Part shown: in pieces, positions 9,737 through 19,570 of the stretch
Layout of the letters: each line of letters opens with the position of its first letter
Numbering within the stretch: the stretch's first letter is position 1
Assembly (NCBI RefSeq): GCF_017432245.1
Contig: NZ_JAFRJO010000004.1
Coordinates: 25,072-57,071, forward strand
Length of the DNA: 32,000 bases
Reading direction: 5' to 3'
From: Methanobrevibacter sp.
GTDB taxonomy: Archaea; Methanobacteriota; Methanobacteria; Methanobacteriales; Methanobacteriaceae
Translations under genes and position numbers: made by a program
Notes under the pieces: generated by a model
The model's database searches: none
Told to the model about the DNA's origin: nothing
The model's input: only the letters and a program-made list of their open reading frames with translations

Positions 9737-9808
9737 TCTAAAACCTTTCCTATCAATTAAAAAAATAGTATTCCTCTAAAACCTTTCCTATCAATTAAAA
9801 AAAATAGT
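9737..9808. repeat. Two tandem copies (33/34 bp, period 38) immediately upstream of the 9736 start codon
   Basis: TCTAAAACCTTTCCTATCAATTAAAAAAATAGT at 9737-9769 and TCTAAAACCTTTCCTATCAATTAAAAAAAATAGT at 9775-9808; identical except for one extra A. Confidence 0.9.
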
Positions 9809-9944
9809 TTCCATTTAAATTTAAAGGGATTATGATATTTAAAATTTTTTGATTAGGAGTTTAAGTATTGATTTGATTTTCAATTTTTAAAATATTTAAA
9901 TGATAAGAAATAAAAAATAATTAAAAACAGATTAAAGTTTTTAG

Positions 9945-10268
9945 GTGAATCAATTGAAAAAAGTTAAGATTACAGTCATGAAGAAAGTAAGGCATGATGA
10001 CTTGATTGAAAAGTATGAAAATCCATTGGAACATGAATGCGATGTTGAATGTGGAGATGTCTTCATAGCTAATGGTTGGGAAAAGCCTGAGAATTTCTGT
10101 GCAAGTGCATGGGAAGTATTATCCCCATTTGTCATGGGATTGGCTAATGGTGCAGAAGACTTTTATGATGGTTGGATGAAAAATAAGAAATCAGCAATGA
10201 TCTCATGCAATGATGGGTTCCGTCCTGTAAGCTTTTTGCTTGAAACCATGGATGAAGATGCTGATTAA
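9945..10268 (+). CDS. Small conserved protein, TIGR04076-like
   Basis: VKITVMKKVRHDDLIEKY...CDVECGDVFIANGWEKPENFCASAW... The actual start may be the TTG at 9954, given the AGGTGA RBS. Confidence 0.7.
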   Translation: MNQLKKVKITVMKKVRHDDLIEKYENPLEHECDVECGDVFIANGWEKPENFCASAWEVLSPFVMGLANGAEDFYDGWMKNKKSAMISCNDGFRPVSFLLETMDEDAD

Positions 10269-10382
10269 AAAAATGTATACAATATACAAAAATTATACAA
10301 AATAAATTTTAAAAATAATGTTCATGAAAATGAAAAGACATAGAAAAAAAGAAGAGAAATGGAAAAAGATGAAAAAATAAAA

Positions 10383-11504
10383 TTATCTGTATACTTTACG
10401 GCTATTCCAAATTTGCTTAGTGGATTTAAATCCACTTCTTTTTAGTGATTTTTCATCAAAGTCATTTATCAAATCCACTAATCTATCAATAGCTATTTCA
10501 CTATTTTTTACAAGACAAGATTCCTTCTGTTCAGGAAGATTTTCAAAAGCTTCAGGGATTTCTTCTATTTTTACGATTGGTATATTAAGTTCCTTTGCCA
10601 AATCCACACTGCCATGAGTTTTATGAAATCCTTCTATTTTCAATGATGGGATGTTGAATACACCTGCTTCAATAGTCATTCCCATACCTGCAGCATAGAT
10701 TAGGTGAGATGCAGCATTCATAAAGCTTAACATATCAACATATTGAGGCAAAACCTTGATGTTTGGTGATAATACCAATTCATTAACCATATCCCTATCA
10801 AACCTGTAAGGTGCAATCAATGCCTTAAGATTAAGCTCTTCTACAGATCTTATCAATGGCTCAATATCATCATCTTTCAAATCTCCTCCAAGAACTGCAA
10901 GGACAAATTCCTTCATTCCATATTCACCATAGATTTCATCCTTATCGATTAAATTATCTTGTTTAATGTAGTTATCAACATATTTTGCCATAGGATAACC
11001 ATCGATATTTACAACATTTTTCAGATTATAGTTTTTCTCCAGATACTCCTTATAGATGTTTGAAGGAACAGTTACTAGATTAGCTTGGGAAATGACTTCA
11101 ATCGGATTATAAATATCCTGCTCTATATGCAAAACAGGAATATTCAGGATATTCGCAGCTACAATAGCTTTTCTTACATCCCCTGCATTTCCTGCAGTAA
11201 TCAACAAATCAATATCCTTTCCTTTAAGGGCATTCAATGACTTTAAGATATCCTTTGAAATAAGGTATGCCAATTTTCCAGTAGAATTTTTTTTACCCCT
11301 TCTGCCTTCTCCAATAGAATAAGTTTCATTGCAATAAGGTTCTAGGAAATCCCTTGATGATTCCCCATGATAAAGGCCAATTATTTTATTGATCTTAAAG
11401 CTTAATTTGCCTTCAGCTTCCCTCTCCTTTAGTTTTTCTATGATTGGAATGATTGTTTTAGATGGAGTGATTTCTCCTGCAATAGCTATATTTTTAGATT
11501 TCAT
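10383..11504 (-). CDS. GT-B-like glycosyltransferase / UDP-GlcNAc-epimerase-superfamily protein
   Basis: NIAIAGEITPSKTIIPIIEKL..., LLITAGNAGDVRKAIVAANILNIPVLHIEQD..., HLIYAAGMGMTIEAGVFNIPSLKIEG (MurG/epimerase-like nucleotide-sugar region). ATG at 11504 is preceded by an AAGGGGTG RBS; the track start (11513) is longer. Confidence 0.72.
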   Translation of the reverse strand: MKSKNIAIAGEITPSKTIIPIIEKLKEREAEGKLSFKINKIIGLYHGESSRDFLEPYCNETYSIGEGRRGKKNSTGKLAYLISKDILKSLNALKGKDIDLLITAGNAGDVRKAIVAANILNIPVLHIEQDIYNPIEVISQANLVTVPSNIYKEYLEKNYNLKNVVNIDGYPMAKYVDNYIKQDNLIDKDEIYGEYGMKEFVLAVLGGDLKDDDIEPLIRSVEELNLKALIAPYRFDRDMVNELVLSPNIKVLPQYVDMLSFMNAASHLIYAAGMGMTIEAGVFNIPSLKIEGFHKTHGSVDLAKELNIPIVKIEEIPEAFENLPEQKESCLVKNSEIAIDRLVDLINDFDEKSLKRSGFKSTKQIWNSRKVYR

Positions 11505-12639
11505 GATTAGCACCCCTTAGGAAACGGATGATAAGCAAAATGCCGATTAAATAGAATATCCAAACCACAACATCAGTTGGGCCTGTTTCTATCCAGATGA
11601 TTGTTTGTGCAAGTAAAATTCCATAAAATGCTGTAAAGATGCTTTTACTTTGATTTTGTATGCTATGTAATGTCTTTAAGATAAGGCCGATTAAAAACAT
11701 TTGAATAAGCATTCCTACAATACCGAAATCAAGCAATGCTGGGCCGAAAATTGTAGAGGTTATTGAATGAACCCTTCCAATTGTTGCTTGTCCTACTAGG
11801 ACTCTTGCATCTGAATGTGTAAAGAATCCTGTCAATGTTGTGTAGAATAGATTTCCCATTGTAGTGAATTGATTTTCAATTGCCTTGGAAAGTACATTCA
11901 ATGTAAATGCAGCCCTATAAGATACCAATTCAATTGGATTCAATGACCAGTGCTGCCAGCTGATAGCTTGAACTGCAATGAATCCAACAGCTAAAAGCAC
12001 TGCTGCAATAGCCAAAATAGCTAAAATTATGTATTTCACATCAACATCCCTTGTATAATACAAGGTAATGAGGGCGGATAGCATGATTGCAATAGGAGTG
12101 GTCCTATATCCTGTAAGAGCAAATAAGACTAAACCAACGATTAGCAATAGGTAATGGGATTTTCTATTGTATTTTGCAAGCAAAATATTGATGGACGGCA
12201 GGAAAATTATATAGGATATAAGCCAAATTTTAGTTGCCGCTTTTGCCTTTAATGTAGCAGAAAATAGGGGAATTCCACCTAATAAAGCTATGTTTATTAT
12301 CTGCAAAAGAATGCCGAATGAAACAAGTCCCACTAAAATCAATTCATTTTTTGAATATGAATCAGATAATGATAATTTCTCAGGGATTAGAGTTCTTTTA
12401 GTAGTGGAATCTCCATCGATTTTAAAATTCTTATTCAAGAGGTAGTTAGATAAGAAAACGCCTAAAATAAAGAATAAAAGCCCTAAACCGATATAAAGAT
12501 ACAAATCTAAATTAGGGGAAGGCAATTCACGATAAAAATACCACATAGGCATAGCTATGATTAAAAATAGGATTACCATAACTACAAGAATCAACGGATG
12601 AAATAGATCATAATTTCCATTTTTAAAATTAAAGTTCAT
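11494..12639 (-). CDS. Oligosaccharide repeat-unit polymerase-like (Wzy-type) membrane protein
   Basis: 381 aa, about 10-12 hydrophobic segments, RTTPIAIMLSALITLYYTRD motif region; overlaps the start of the downstream glycosyltransferase gene. Confidence 0.68.
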   Translation of the reverse strand: MNFNFKNGNYDLFHPLILVVMVILFLIIAMPMWYFYRELPSPNLDLYLYIGLGLLFFILGVFLSNYLLNKNFKIDGDSTTKRTLIPEKLSLSDSYSKNELILVGLVSFGILLQIINIALLGGIPLFSATLKAKAATKIWLISYIIFLPSINILLAKYNRKSHYLLLIVGLVLFALTGYRTTPIAIMLSALITLYYTRDVDVKYIILAILAIAAVLLAVGFIAVQAISWQHWSLNPIELVSYRAAFTLNVLSKAIENQFTTMGNLFYTTLTGFFTHSDARVLVGQATIGRVHSITSTIFGPALLDFGIVGMLIQMFLIGLILKTLHSIQNQSKSIFTAFYGILLAQTIIWIETGPTDVVVWIFYLIGILLIIRFLRGANHEI

Positions 12640-13458
12640 AAAAACCCCTTAAATTAAGCATTATTTAATTAAAAGCATTATTTTAGATTTTGTAAAAACT
12701 ATTATAATAAGTTTATTAAAAAGGTCTGAAGTGGGCTTGATGATTTTCTTAAATAATTACAGCATTTTCATTGCTAAAAAATAAAAAATTTTCCAATGAA
12801 AAAGAGAAAAAGTATGTAGGAAAAAATTTTGTGAAGAAAAAAAGTATACAAGATATTGGAAAAAACTGATTTTTTAATGATAATGGTTTGAATAATATGA
12901 AACAAATGTTCCAATAGATAAAAAATAAGAATGTAATACAAAAATTCATAAAAATTTAATGAAAATCTTAGAAAATTGTTGAAAAATTGTTGAAAAATTC
13001 ATGATAATAACATTTTAAAGAGAAAAAATCTAAAAAAAATCCTCAAAATAAATGATATTACAAAAGATTTGAAATGATGATGAGAATAAATTAACGTGAT
13101 TATGTTATGATAATAACATTAGAAAAAAGTTTGAAAAATTTTAAAAAAAATTACACTTGAAACTTACGTCAAGGAATTTCTGGCCCTGAAATTGGAAAAA
13201 AATGATAATAACAGGTTAACTCATTATACAGTTGAAATTTATGTCTAAGAGTCACAACGAAAATTAATCCAAAAATACAACTCAATGAATTGAAAATGCA
13301 TATGAATTGAATATTCATAAAAAATAAATGACATTACAATTATGAGAATAAAAAAATTATGAAAATTGAATAGAAATAGAAAGGATTAGATAAAATAGAT
13401 AAAAAATAGATAAAAAATAGAATAAATGGATAAAAAAGAGAATAATAGAAGATGATGA

Positions 13459-14154
13459 CTAATCTTCTTGTTTTTCAGCTTCCAAGACATAAGTTTCCTT
13501 TGGCTTGCTGTCTATTTGCAAGTCAGTATCATCAGGTTGCCTGTTTAAAAGACGATCGATGAAGCTTCTGTTTTTATATCTGTCAATTAAAAGCCTATCT
13601 GCAGTTAACAATTGATCTTTATAAGCGATTTCCTTAAGGCTGTCCTGAAGTTGCTGGTTGACATTATGTAATTCCTTGTCCTTTTCTAGAACCAATTCAT
13701 CATGTCTTTTTCTCTCTTCAAGGAGATTTTCTTCTGCCTTTTGCTTAGCTAAATCTGACTTTGCCCTTTCAAGCCTAATCTCTTCATTAGCCTGCTTGAT
13801 AAGCTGGTCTTTTTCATCAATGATTTCATAGCATTTCGCAATAGCAGATTTGTTTTCTTCGACAAGGTCCATGATTTCCTTATTCTTTTCTGAAATCTCC
13901 TGATTCCTTTGTTCCATGATTTCATTTATGGAAGAATCCGCTTCACTGCGTGATTGCTTTAAATCTGAAATGGTATTTTTATTATCGTCAATTTTAGATT
14001 TAAGATCATCGATCTCATTTAGATAAGATTCATATTCACTTATCCTAAGAATCATTACCTTCTCTCCACCTTCAAAATTATCCTTTTTTGAAAGATCAAT
14101 ACGATAAGTGAAACTGTTTCCTCTCTTATATTGTTTGACTTCCTTTTCTAACAT
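13459..14154 (-). CDS. AbrB-like N-terminal hairpin plus coiled-coil protein
   Basis: KQYKRGNSFTYRIDLSKKDNFEGGEKVMILRISEYESYL followed by about 150 aa of charged coiled coil; similar architecture to 2257-3006. Confidence 0.75.
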   Translation of the reverse strand: MLEKEVKQYKRGNSFTYRIDLSKKDNFEGGEKVMILRISEYESYLNEIDDLKSKIDDNKNTISDLKQSRSEADSSINEIMEQRNQEISEKNKEIMDLVEENKSAIAKCYEIIDEKDQLIKQANEEIRLERAKSDLAKQKAEENLLEERKRHDELVLEKDKELHNVNQQLQDSLKEIAYKDQLLTADRLLIDRYKNRSFIDRLLNRQPDDTDLQIDSKPKETYVLEAEKQED

Positions 14155-15076
14155 AAAAATACCTTCGTATGAAAAAAATTGATATTATCAAAGAAATTTT
14201 TAAATTAATAATATAATCATAAAATAAAAAATTATTAACATTATTATATATGTTAACTCATTGCATATAAACTTAATTTAAAAATCTATAAAAAAAATAA
14301 TTTTGTAACTCAAAAAATTGAAAAAAATTATAAAAAAATGATGATGAGTCATAATGATATTACATCGATAATTCTGCAGCGATAATTTGAGTTAACACTT
14401 TTTTAAGATAATCTGAAAATTTGAAAAAATATGAAAAAAATAGCTGGTGTCATTTCAAGTGTAAAATTTGAGTTACAAAATTTGAAATTAAATTTCCAAA
14501 AAATCTGCAGAATCCCAAATGATATTAACATGAGTTTTATAAAAAAATATTAAGATCATGGCCTGAAAAATAAAATTTGAATAACTTTAGAAAAAAGATG
14601 GATTTCATATACATAAATGTACAAAAATATAGCATGTAATATCATTGAGTTAACGTTGTATCTACAAAAAGTTACAAAGAGCATTAAAAAAATTGATGTG
14701 GAGGATAGTTTAAAATAATTATTTAAAAAAAATAATAATTATTTATAGTTTTTTAAAAAAATAGATAAAAAAACTCAAGTTAGAAAACAAAATAATGAAT
14801 TTAAATAGATTTTAAAATTTGAAAATTTTTTTGTAAAAATTCCTCCAGATTTCTTAAGTAATACTTTTTTATGAGAGAAATTTCTTGAAAAATCTAAAAA
14901 TTTTGTATATTGTAAAAAAATTTAAGAAAAAATAGTATACATTATACAAAAATAAATTTTTAAAAAAGTTCATGGAAATAATGAGAATGGAAAAATATGA
15001 AAATATGAAAAAATATGAAAAAAATAAAAATAGAAATCTAATAATATATAAAAATTTTAAGAAAAAAAATAAAACT

Positions 15077-16561
15077 TTAATCTAACTCAGCTATATTCTT
15101 AGTGAAATTATATGCAAAGTTAGGACATGAACAAGCATGAATATGAATATAATTAGCTAAAGTGTTCCTAACAGAGACTCCATCCATACTATTCAATACT
15201 CCTCTTCCTCTAAGCACATCAAATGCAAGATCATCTGTACTGTCTATGTTGAGTTTAGTGTAGTGGAATTCATGTGCACGGAAAATATCCCCTTCTTCAG
15301 ATATGAGATTATTCCTATTGGATCTTGCTACAACATAATTCAATCCTTGAACTCTAGAAGTCATTTCAGCACTGTATGGGATTGCATTGACCATTCCTAA
15401 GCCGTCAATAGACTCTGATAAATAGATCAATCCACCGCATTCACCATATATTGGCCTATCTTCCTTATGGAACTTATTGATGGATTTTAGCATGGATTCA
15501 TTCTCAGACAATTCCTTCTTGAACACTTCAGGGTATCCTCCGCCAATGTAAAGGGCATCTACATCTGGAATTTCCTCATCCTTATATGGGCTGAATGGAA
15601 CAATCTTAGCACCATTATCCTCAAGGGATTCCAATGTTTCCTTATAGTAAAAGGTGAAGATTTCATCTATGGCAACGCCAATTTTTAAAGGGGCCTTATT
15701 GCCTATTTTCCATAATTCTCCTGGTTTGGAGTCATTAGTAACTTCAAGGTTTATTGCTTCATTATGCTCCCTATTGAATTCATCCTCATGAATGGATAAA
15801 TCCACACGGTGTCCAAAATTATTATCTTCTTCCTTTGATTCAATTGCCTTATCCTTATTGTCTTTTAGAGCGGATTTATCAGATGTTTTCATTATATCCT
15901 TTAGAGCATCCAAGTCTATATACTCCTCTGCAATATTTCCCCAAAGTTCAATATTCCTATTGATCTTTTCCTTTTCAAGAGCTGGAACCAAACCGAGATG
16001 CCTTTCTTCCACTGCAATCTCATCATTTCTTGGAATGCCGCCTATAACTGGAACATTTGCCAATTTTTCAACTGACTCCTTAGCCTTTCTGAAATGTCTT
16101 GGACCTTTGACCTTATTCAGGATAACTCCTTCTATTCTTACATCAGGGTCAAGGGCCTTAAAGCCCAATACAACAGCTGCCGCACTTTTCACCAAGCTTC
16201 TTGAGTCCATAAGAAGGACAACAGGCGCATCTAAGGCCTTAGCAATGGAGGCCGTGTTACCTATATCACTAATAGGACTGATACCTTCATACAAACCTCT
16301 TACACCTTCAATAATCCCCATATTGGATTTTGATATCTTCATAGCCCTTTCAAATGAATTGATTATTTGAAACTCATCCATGAAAAATGAATCCAAGTTC
16401 CTTGATACATTGCCTGTCGCAATTGTATGATAAGAAGGATCAATAAAATCAGGGCCTACCTTGAAGGGTTGAACATTTTCATCTTGAAGTGCTTTCATGA
16501 TTCCTGTAGAAATAGTTGTTTTTCCAACAGCACTTCCAGTTCCAGCAAGTACGACTTTCAT
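15077..16561 (-). CDS. cfbB: CobB/CbiA-family amidotransferase, probably Ni-sirohydrochlorin a,c-diamide synthase (F430 pathway) or cobyrinate a,c-diamide synthase
   Basis: [20 protein letters not shown]-loop, [21 protein letters not shown] class I GATase-like motif, NYIHIHACS. cfbB versus cbiA assignment is not certain from sequence alone. Confidence 0.85.
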   Translation of the reverse strand: MKVVLAGTGSAVGKTTISTGIMKALQDENVQPFKVGPDFIDPSYHTIATGNVSRNLDSFFMDEFQIINSFERAMKISKSNMGIIEGVRGLYEGISPISDIGNTASIAKALDAPVVLLMDSRSLVKSAAAVVLGFKALDPDVRIEGVILNKVKGPRHFRKAKESVEKLANVPVIGGIPRNDEIAVEERHLGLVPALEKEKINRNIELWGNIAEEYIDLDALKDIMKTSDKSALKDNKDKAIESKEEDNNFGHRVDLSIHEDEFNREHNEAINLEVTNDSKPGELWKIGNKAPLKIGVAIDEIFTFYYKETLESLEDNGAKIVPFSPYKDEEIPDVDALYIGGGYPEVFKKELSENESMLKSINKFHKEDRPIYGECGGLIYLSESIDGLGMVNAIPYSAEMTSRVQGLNYVVARSNRNNLISEEGDIFRAHEFHYTKLNIDSTDDLAFDVLRGRGVLNSMDGVSVRNTLANYIHIHACSCPNFAYNFTKNIAELD

Positions 16562-16838
16562 AATATTAAATTAGCATATATTTTATATAAAATTTTCTTA
16601 AATAAAATAAGAAATCTGCATAAATATAAGGGATATTGGAAGAAAGTAATAAAAACAAGGGATTTTTAAATTATTTGTAATAATAATAGGACTAGAATAA
16701 ACATGAAAAAATAATTTTTATTTGCTTACATAAAGTATATAATATTAAAATAAAAAAATTATATATGAAAATATAACAGAAGTAGAATATTTTGTTTTTA
16801 TATAAGCAAAAATCATATATAAGTTAAAGAGGGATACT

Positions 16839-17954
16839 ATGTCTACATTGGAAAAAATGCAAGTTTTGGCAGATAGTGCACAATATGATCTGTGCGATTA
16901 TGTCAGCCATAGCAAGAGCTCACAGGTTAATCTCCCTGGGATTTACCATGCAACAGGACATAATGGATGCAAAATACCTCTTTTTAAAACATTGATGACA
17001 AATAAATGCAAAAACGATTGCAAATACTGTATCAATCAAAGCAAACGCAATTTCACACGTCTTGAACTAAGTCCTGAAGAATTGTCAAGAGCCTTTTTGC
17101 ATTACTACAACAATGGCTATGTAAACGGTCTTTTCCTAAGTTCTGGAATAGGTGATACAATAGACAACACTATGGAAAAAACCATAGAAACAGCAAGAAT
17201 CCTCAGAAAGGATTACGGATATGATGATTACATTCACCTAAAGATCATTCCTGGAGCATCTAAAGATTCAATCAAAAGGGCAATGAGCTTAGCAAATAGG
17301 GTAAGCTTGAACATAGAGGCTGCTACTAAGGATGGCCTCAGTGAAATCACAAGCACAAAGGACTACAATAAGGACATTCTAAAAAGATTGGATTGGATGA
17401 ATGACATTGCAAAGAAGAATCCAAGCTTTGCAAAATCCGGCCATACCACACAGTTGATTGTTGGTGCAAATGATGAAACCGACTTGGAAATTCTAAAAAG
17501 AATGGAAAGTCTATACAAGAAAGTAGACCTTAGAAGAAGCTACTTCAGTGCATTTTCACCGGTAGAGGGAACTGAATTTGAAAAGAAGGAATCCTGTAAT
17601 ACAGACAGAACAGCTAAGCTCTACCATGCAGATGCCTTGCTAAGCGATTACAAGTTTGATGTGAAAGAACTGGTATTTGATGAAAACGACAAGCTTTCCT
17701 TGAAGGAAGATCCAAAGATTTTAGCTGCAAGGGAAATGGACATTTTCCCTGTAGAAATTAATTATGCATCCTATAAAAAACTGATACGTGTACCAGGAAT
17801 CGGTCCGAAATCTGCAAGAAAGATTATGGCCATACGCAAAAACAAGCCATTCAAGAAACTTGAAGAGCTTCAAAGAATTGGAGTTGTTGTAAAAAGGGCA
17901 GAACCTTATATAAAATTGGATGGAAACTACCAATCAGCTTTGGATAATTATTAA
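16839..17954 (+). CDS. Putative DNA modification/repair radical SAM protein with C-terminal helix-hairpin-helix
   Basis: CKNDCKYC radical SAM CX3CX2C motif, LKIIPGAS, and C-terminal LIRVPGIGPKSARKIMAIRKNKPFKKLEELQRIGV (HhH). Confidence 0.88.
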   Translation: MSTLEKMQVLADSAQYDLCDYVSHSKSSQVNLPGIYHATGHNGCKIPLFKTLMTNKCKNDCKYCINQSKRNFTRLELSPEELSRAFLHYYNNGYVNGLFLSSGIGDTIDNTMEKTIETARILRKDYGYDDYIHLKIIPGASKDSIKRAMSLANRVSLNIEAATKDGLSEITSTKDYNKDILKRLDWMNDIAKKNPSFAKSGHTTQLIVGANDETDLEILKRMESLYKKVDLRRSYFSAFSPVEGTEFEKKESCNTDRTAKLYHADALLSDYKFDVKELVFDENDKLSLKEDPKILAAREMDIFPVEINYASYKKLIRVPGIGPKSARKIMAIRKNKPFKKLEELQRIGVVVKRAEPYIKLDGNYQSALDNY

Positions 17955-18034
17955 GAAACACTAAAAATAATAAATAATTAAAATAATAAATTAAGATATA
18001 CTTATTTACTTATTAAATCAAAGGATAGGGAAAA

Positions 18035-19570
18035 ATGAATGCAATAGACATTGAAGATGTAAAGGAAGAATTGAAAATCCCTGATAAGATCAGAATTTTT
18101 GATACAACCTTAAGAGATGGAGAACAGGCTCCAGGCATCGCTTTAACAGTTGATGAGAAGATAAAGATAGCTCAAAAGCTGGATGAACTTGGAGTGGACA
18201 CCATAGAAATGGGTTTTCCAACTGTATCAGAAGGGGAAAGAAAAGCCGCAAAAAGAATGGTGGAATTAGGCTTTAAGTCTAATATATGCGGTTTAGCAAG
18301 AGTATTGCAAAAGGATATCGATGCAGTAATCGACTCTGACTTATCATATGCTCACTTGTTTATTGGAACTTCTCCTCTCCATAGAGACTACAAACTGAAA
18401 AAGTCAAAAGAGGAAATATTGAATCAAGCGATTGAAGCGGTTGAATATGCAAAAGACCATGGGCTTACTGTGGAATTTTCAGCTGAAGACGCTACAAGGA
18501 CCGAACTTAATTATCTAATAGAATTCTATAAAGGTGTTGAAGGTGCAGGAGCGGACATAATAAATGTACCGGACACTGTTGGAATCTTAGTCCCATCCAC
18601 TACAAGAGATTTAATAAGAATCCTAAGAAAGAAAATAAATGTTCCTATAAGCCTTCATTTCCACAATGACTTTGGGCTTGCTGTATCAAACTCAATCATT
18701 GGTATTGAGGAAGGGGCAAACCAAGCTCATTGTACTATAAACGGTATTGGGGAAAGAGCTGGAAACACCTCTTTAGAGGAACTTGTAGTTAGCTTGAAGA
18801 TAGCTTATGGTGCTAATATTGGTGTTGACACAACAAAACTTTATGACACATCCAATTTCATTGGATCAATTACAGGTATTAAGATGCCTCCTACAAAGCC
18901 TATAGTGGGAGAAAATGCATTCGCTCATGAATCAGGCATCCATGTGGATGGAATATTGAAAAACACTTCTACCTATGAACCGATTCCACCTGAACTTGTT
19001 GGCCACAAAAGAAGAATTGCCCTTGGAAAGCATACTGGCCATGCTGGAATCAAGTCAAAATTGGAAGAGTTCAATATAGAGGTAAGCCCTAAGCAATTCG
19101 AAAACATTTACAATCAGGTAAAGACACTTGGGGATAAGGGAAAATGCATTACAGATGAGGACTTGAAATCCATTGCAATTACAGAACTAAGTACAAGTGG
19201 TAAAGAGTACATCAAACTGCTTGGAATGAGTGTAATGACTGGAGAATCAGTATCTGCAACAGCAACTGTAAGGCTTTCCATTGAAGGAAAGGTCCTCGAA
19301 ACCTCTCAAATTGGAGTGGGTCCAGTTGATGCAGCCATCGGTGCAATCAAATCACTTGTTAAGGAAACCGTTGACATTAACCTTGAAGAGTACAGACTTG
19401 AAGCGGTGAGCGGTGGTACTGATGCATTGGCAGAAACCTTTGTAGTGATTTCAGACAATGATGGGCATAGGGCAACAGGAAGAGCTACAAGAGAGGACGT
19501 TATCATTTCAAGTGTGGTTGCAGTCATCAACTCTATAAATAGATTGTTGGCTATTGAGAAGAATAGCTGA
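18035..19570 (+). CDS. 2-isopropylmalate / (R)-citramalate / homocitrate synthase family enzyme
   Basis: IRIFDTTLRDGEQAPGIALT, LHFHNDFGLAVSNSI, NGIGERAGNTSLEE, HESGIHVDGILKNTSTYEP, C-terminal LeuA regulatory domain. LeuA versus CimA versus AksA is not resolved. Confidence 0.93.
   Translation: MNAIDIEDVKEELKIPDKIRIFDTTLRDGEQAPGIALTVDEKIKIAQKLDELGVDTIEMGFPTVSEGERKAAKRMVELGFKSNICGLARVLQKDIDAVIDSDLSYAHLFIGTSPLHRDYKLKKSKEEILNQAIEAVEYAKDHGLTVEFSAEDATRTELNYLIEFYKGVEGAGADIINVPDTVGILVPSTTRDLIRILRKKINVPISLHFHNDFGLAVSNSIIGIEEGANQAHCTINGIGERAGNTSLEELVVSLKIAYGANIGVDTTKLYDTSNFIGSITGIKMPPTKPIVGENAFAHESGIHVDGILKNTSTYEPIPPELVGHKRRIALGKHTGHAGIKSKLEEFNIEVSPKQFENIYNQVKTLGDKGKCITDEDLKSIAITELSTSGKEYIKLLGMSVMTGESVSATATVRLSIEGKVLETSQIGVGPVDAAIGAIKSLVKETVDINLEEYRLEAVSGGTDALAETFVVISDNDGHRATGRATREDVIISSVVAVINSINRLLAIEKNS

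Noticed and set aside
12749-12949. 66-aa Phe-rich minus-strand ORF in the gap
   Set aside because: Composition is an AT artefact; no RBS or recognisable topology beyond random hydrophobicity.
12640-15076. Remnant transposon in the gene-poor region
   Set aside because: No terminal inverted repeats plus target duplication and no transposase fragment could be recognised; only short motif repeats are present.
15792-16370. 192-aa plus-strand ORF antisense to the CobB/CbiA-family gene
   Set aside because: Long because the true gene has a codon usage that avoids stops on the opposite strand; sequence is Ser/Leu-rich without domain motifs, while the minus-strand frame has clear P-loop and GATase motifs.
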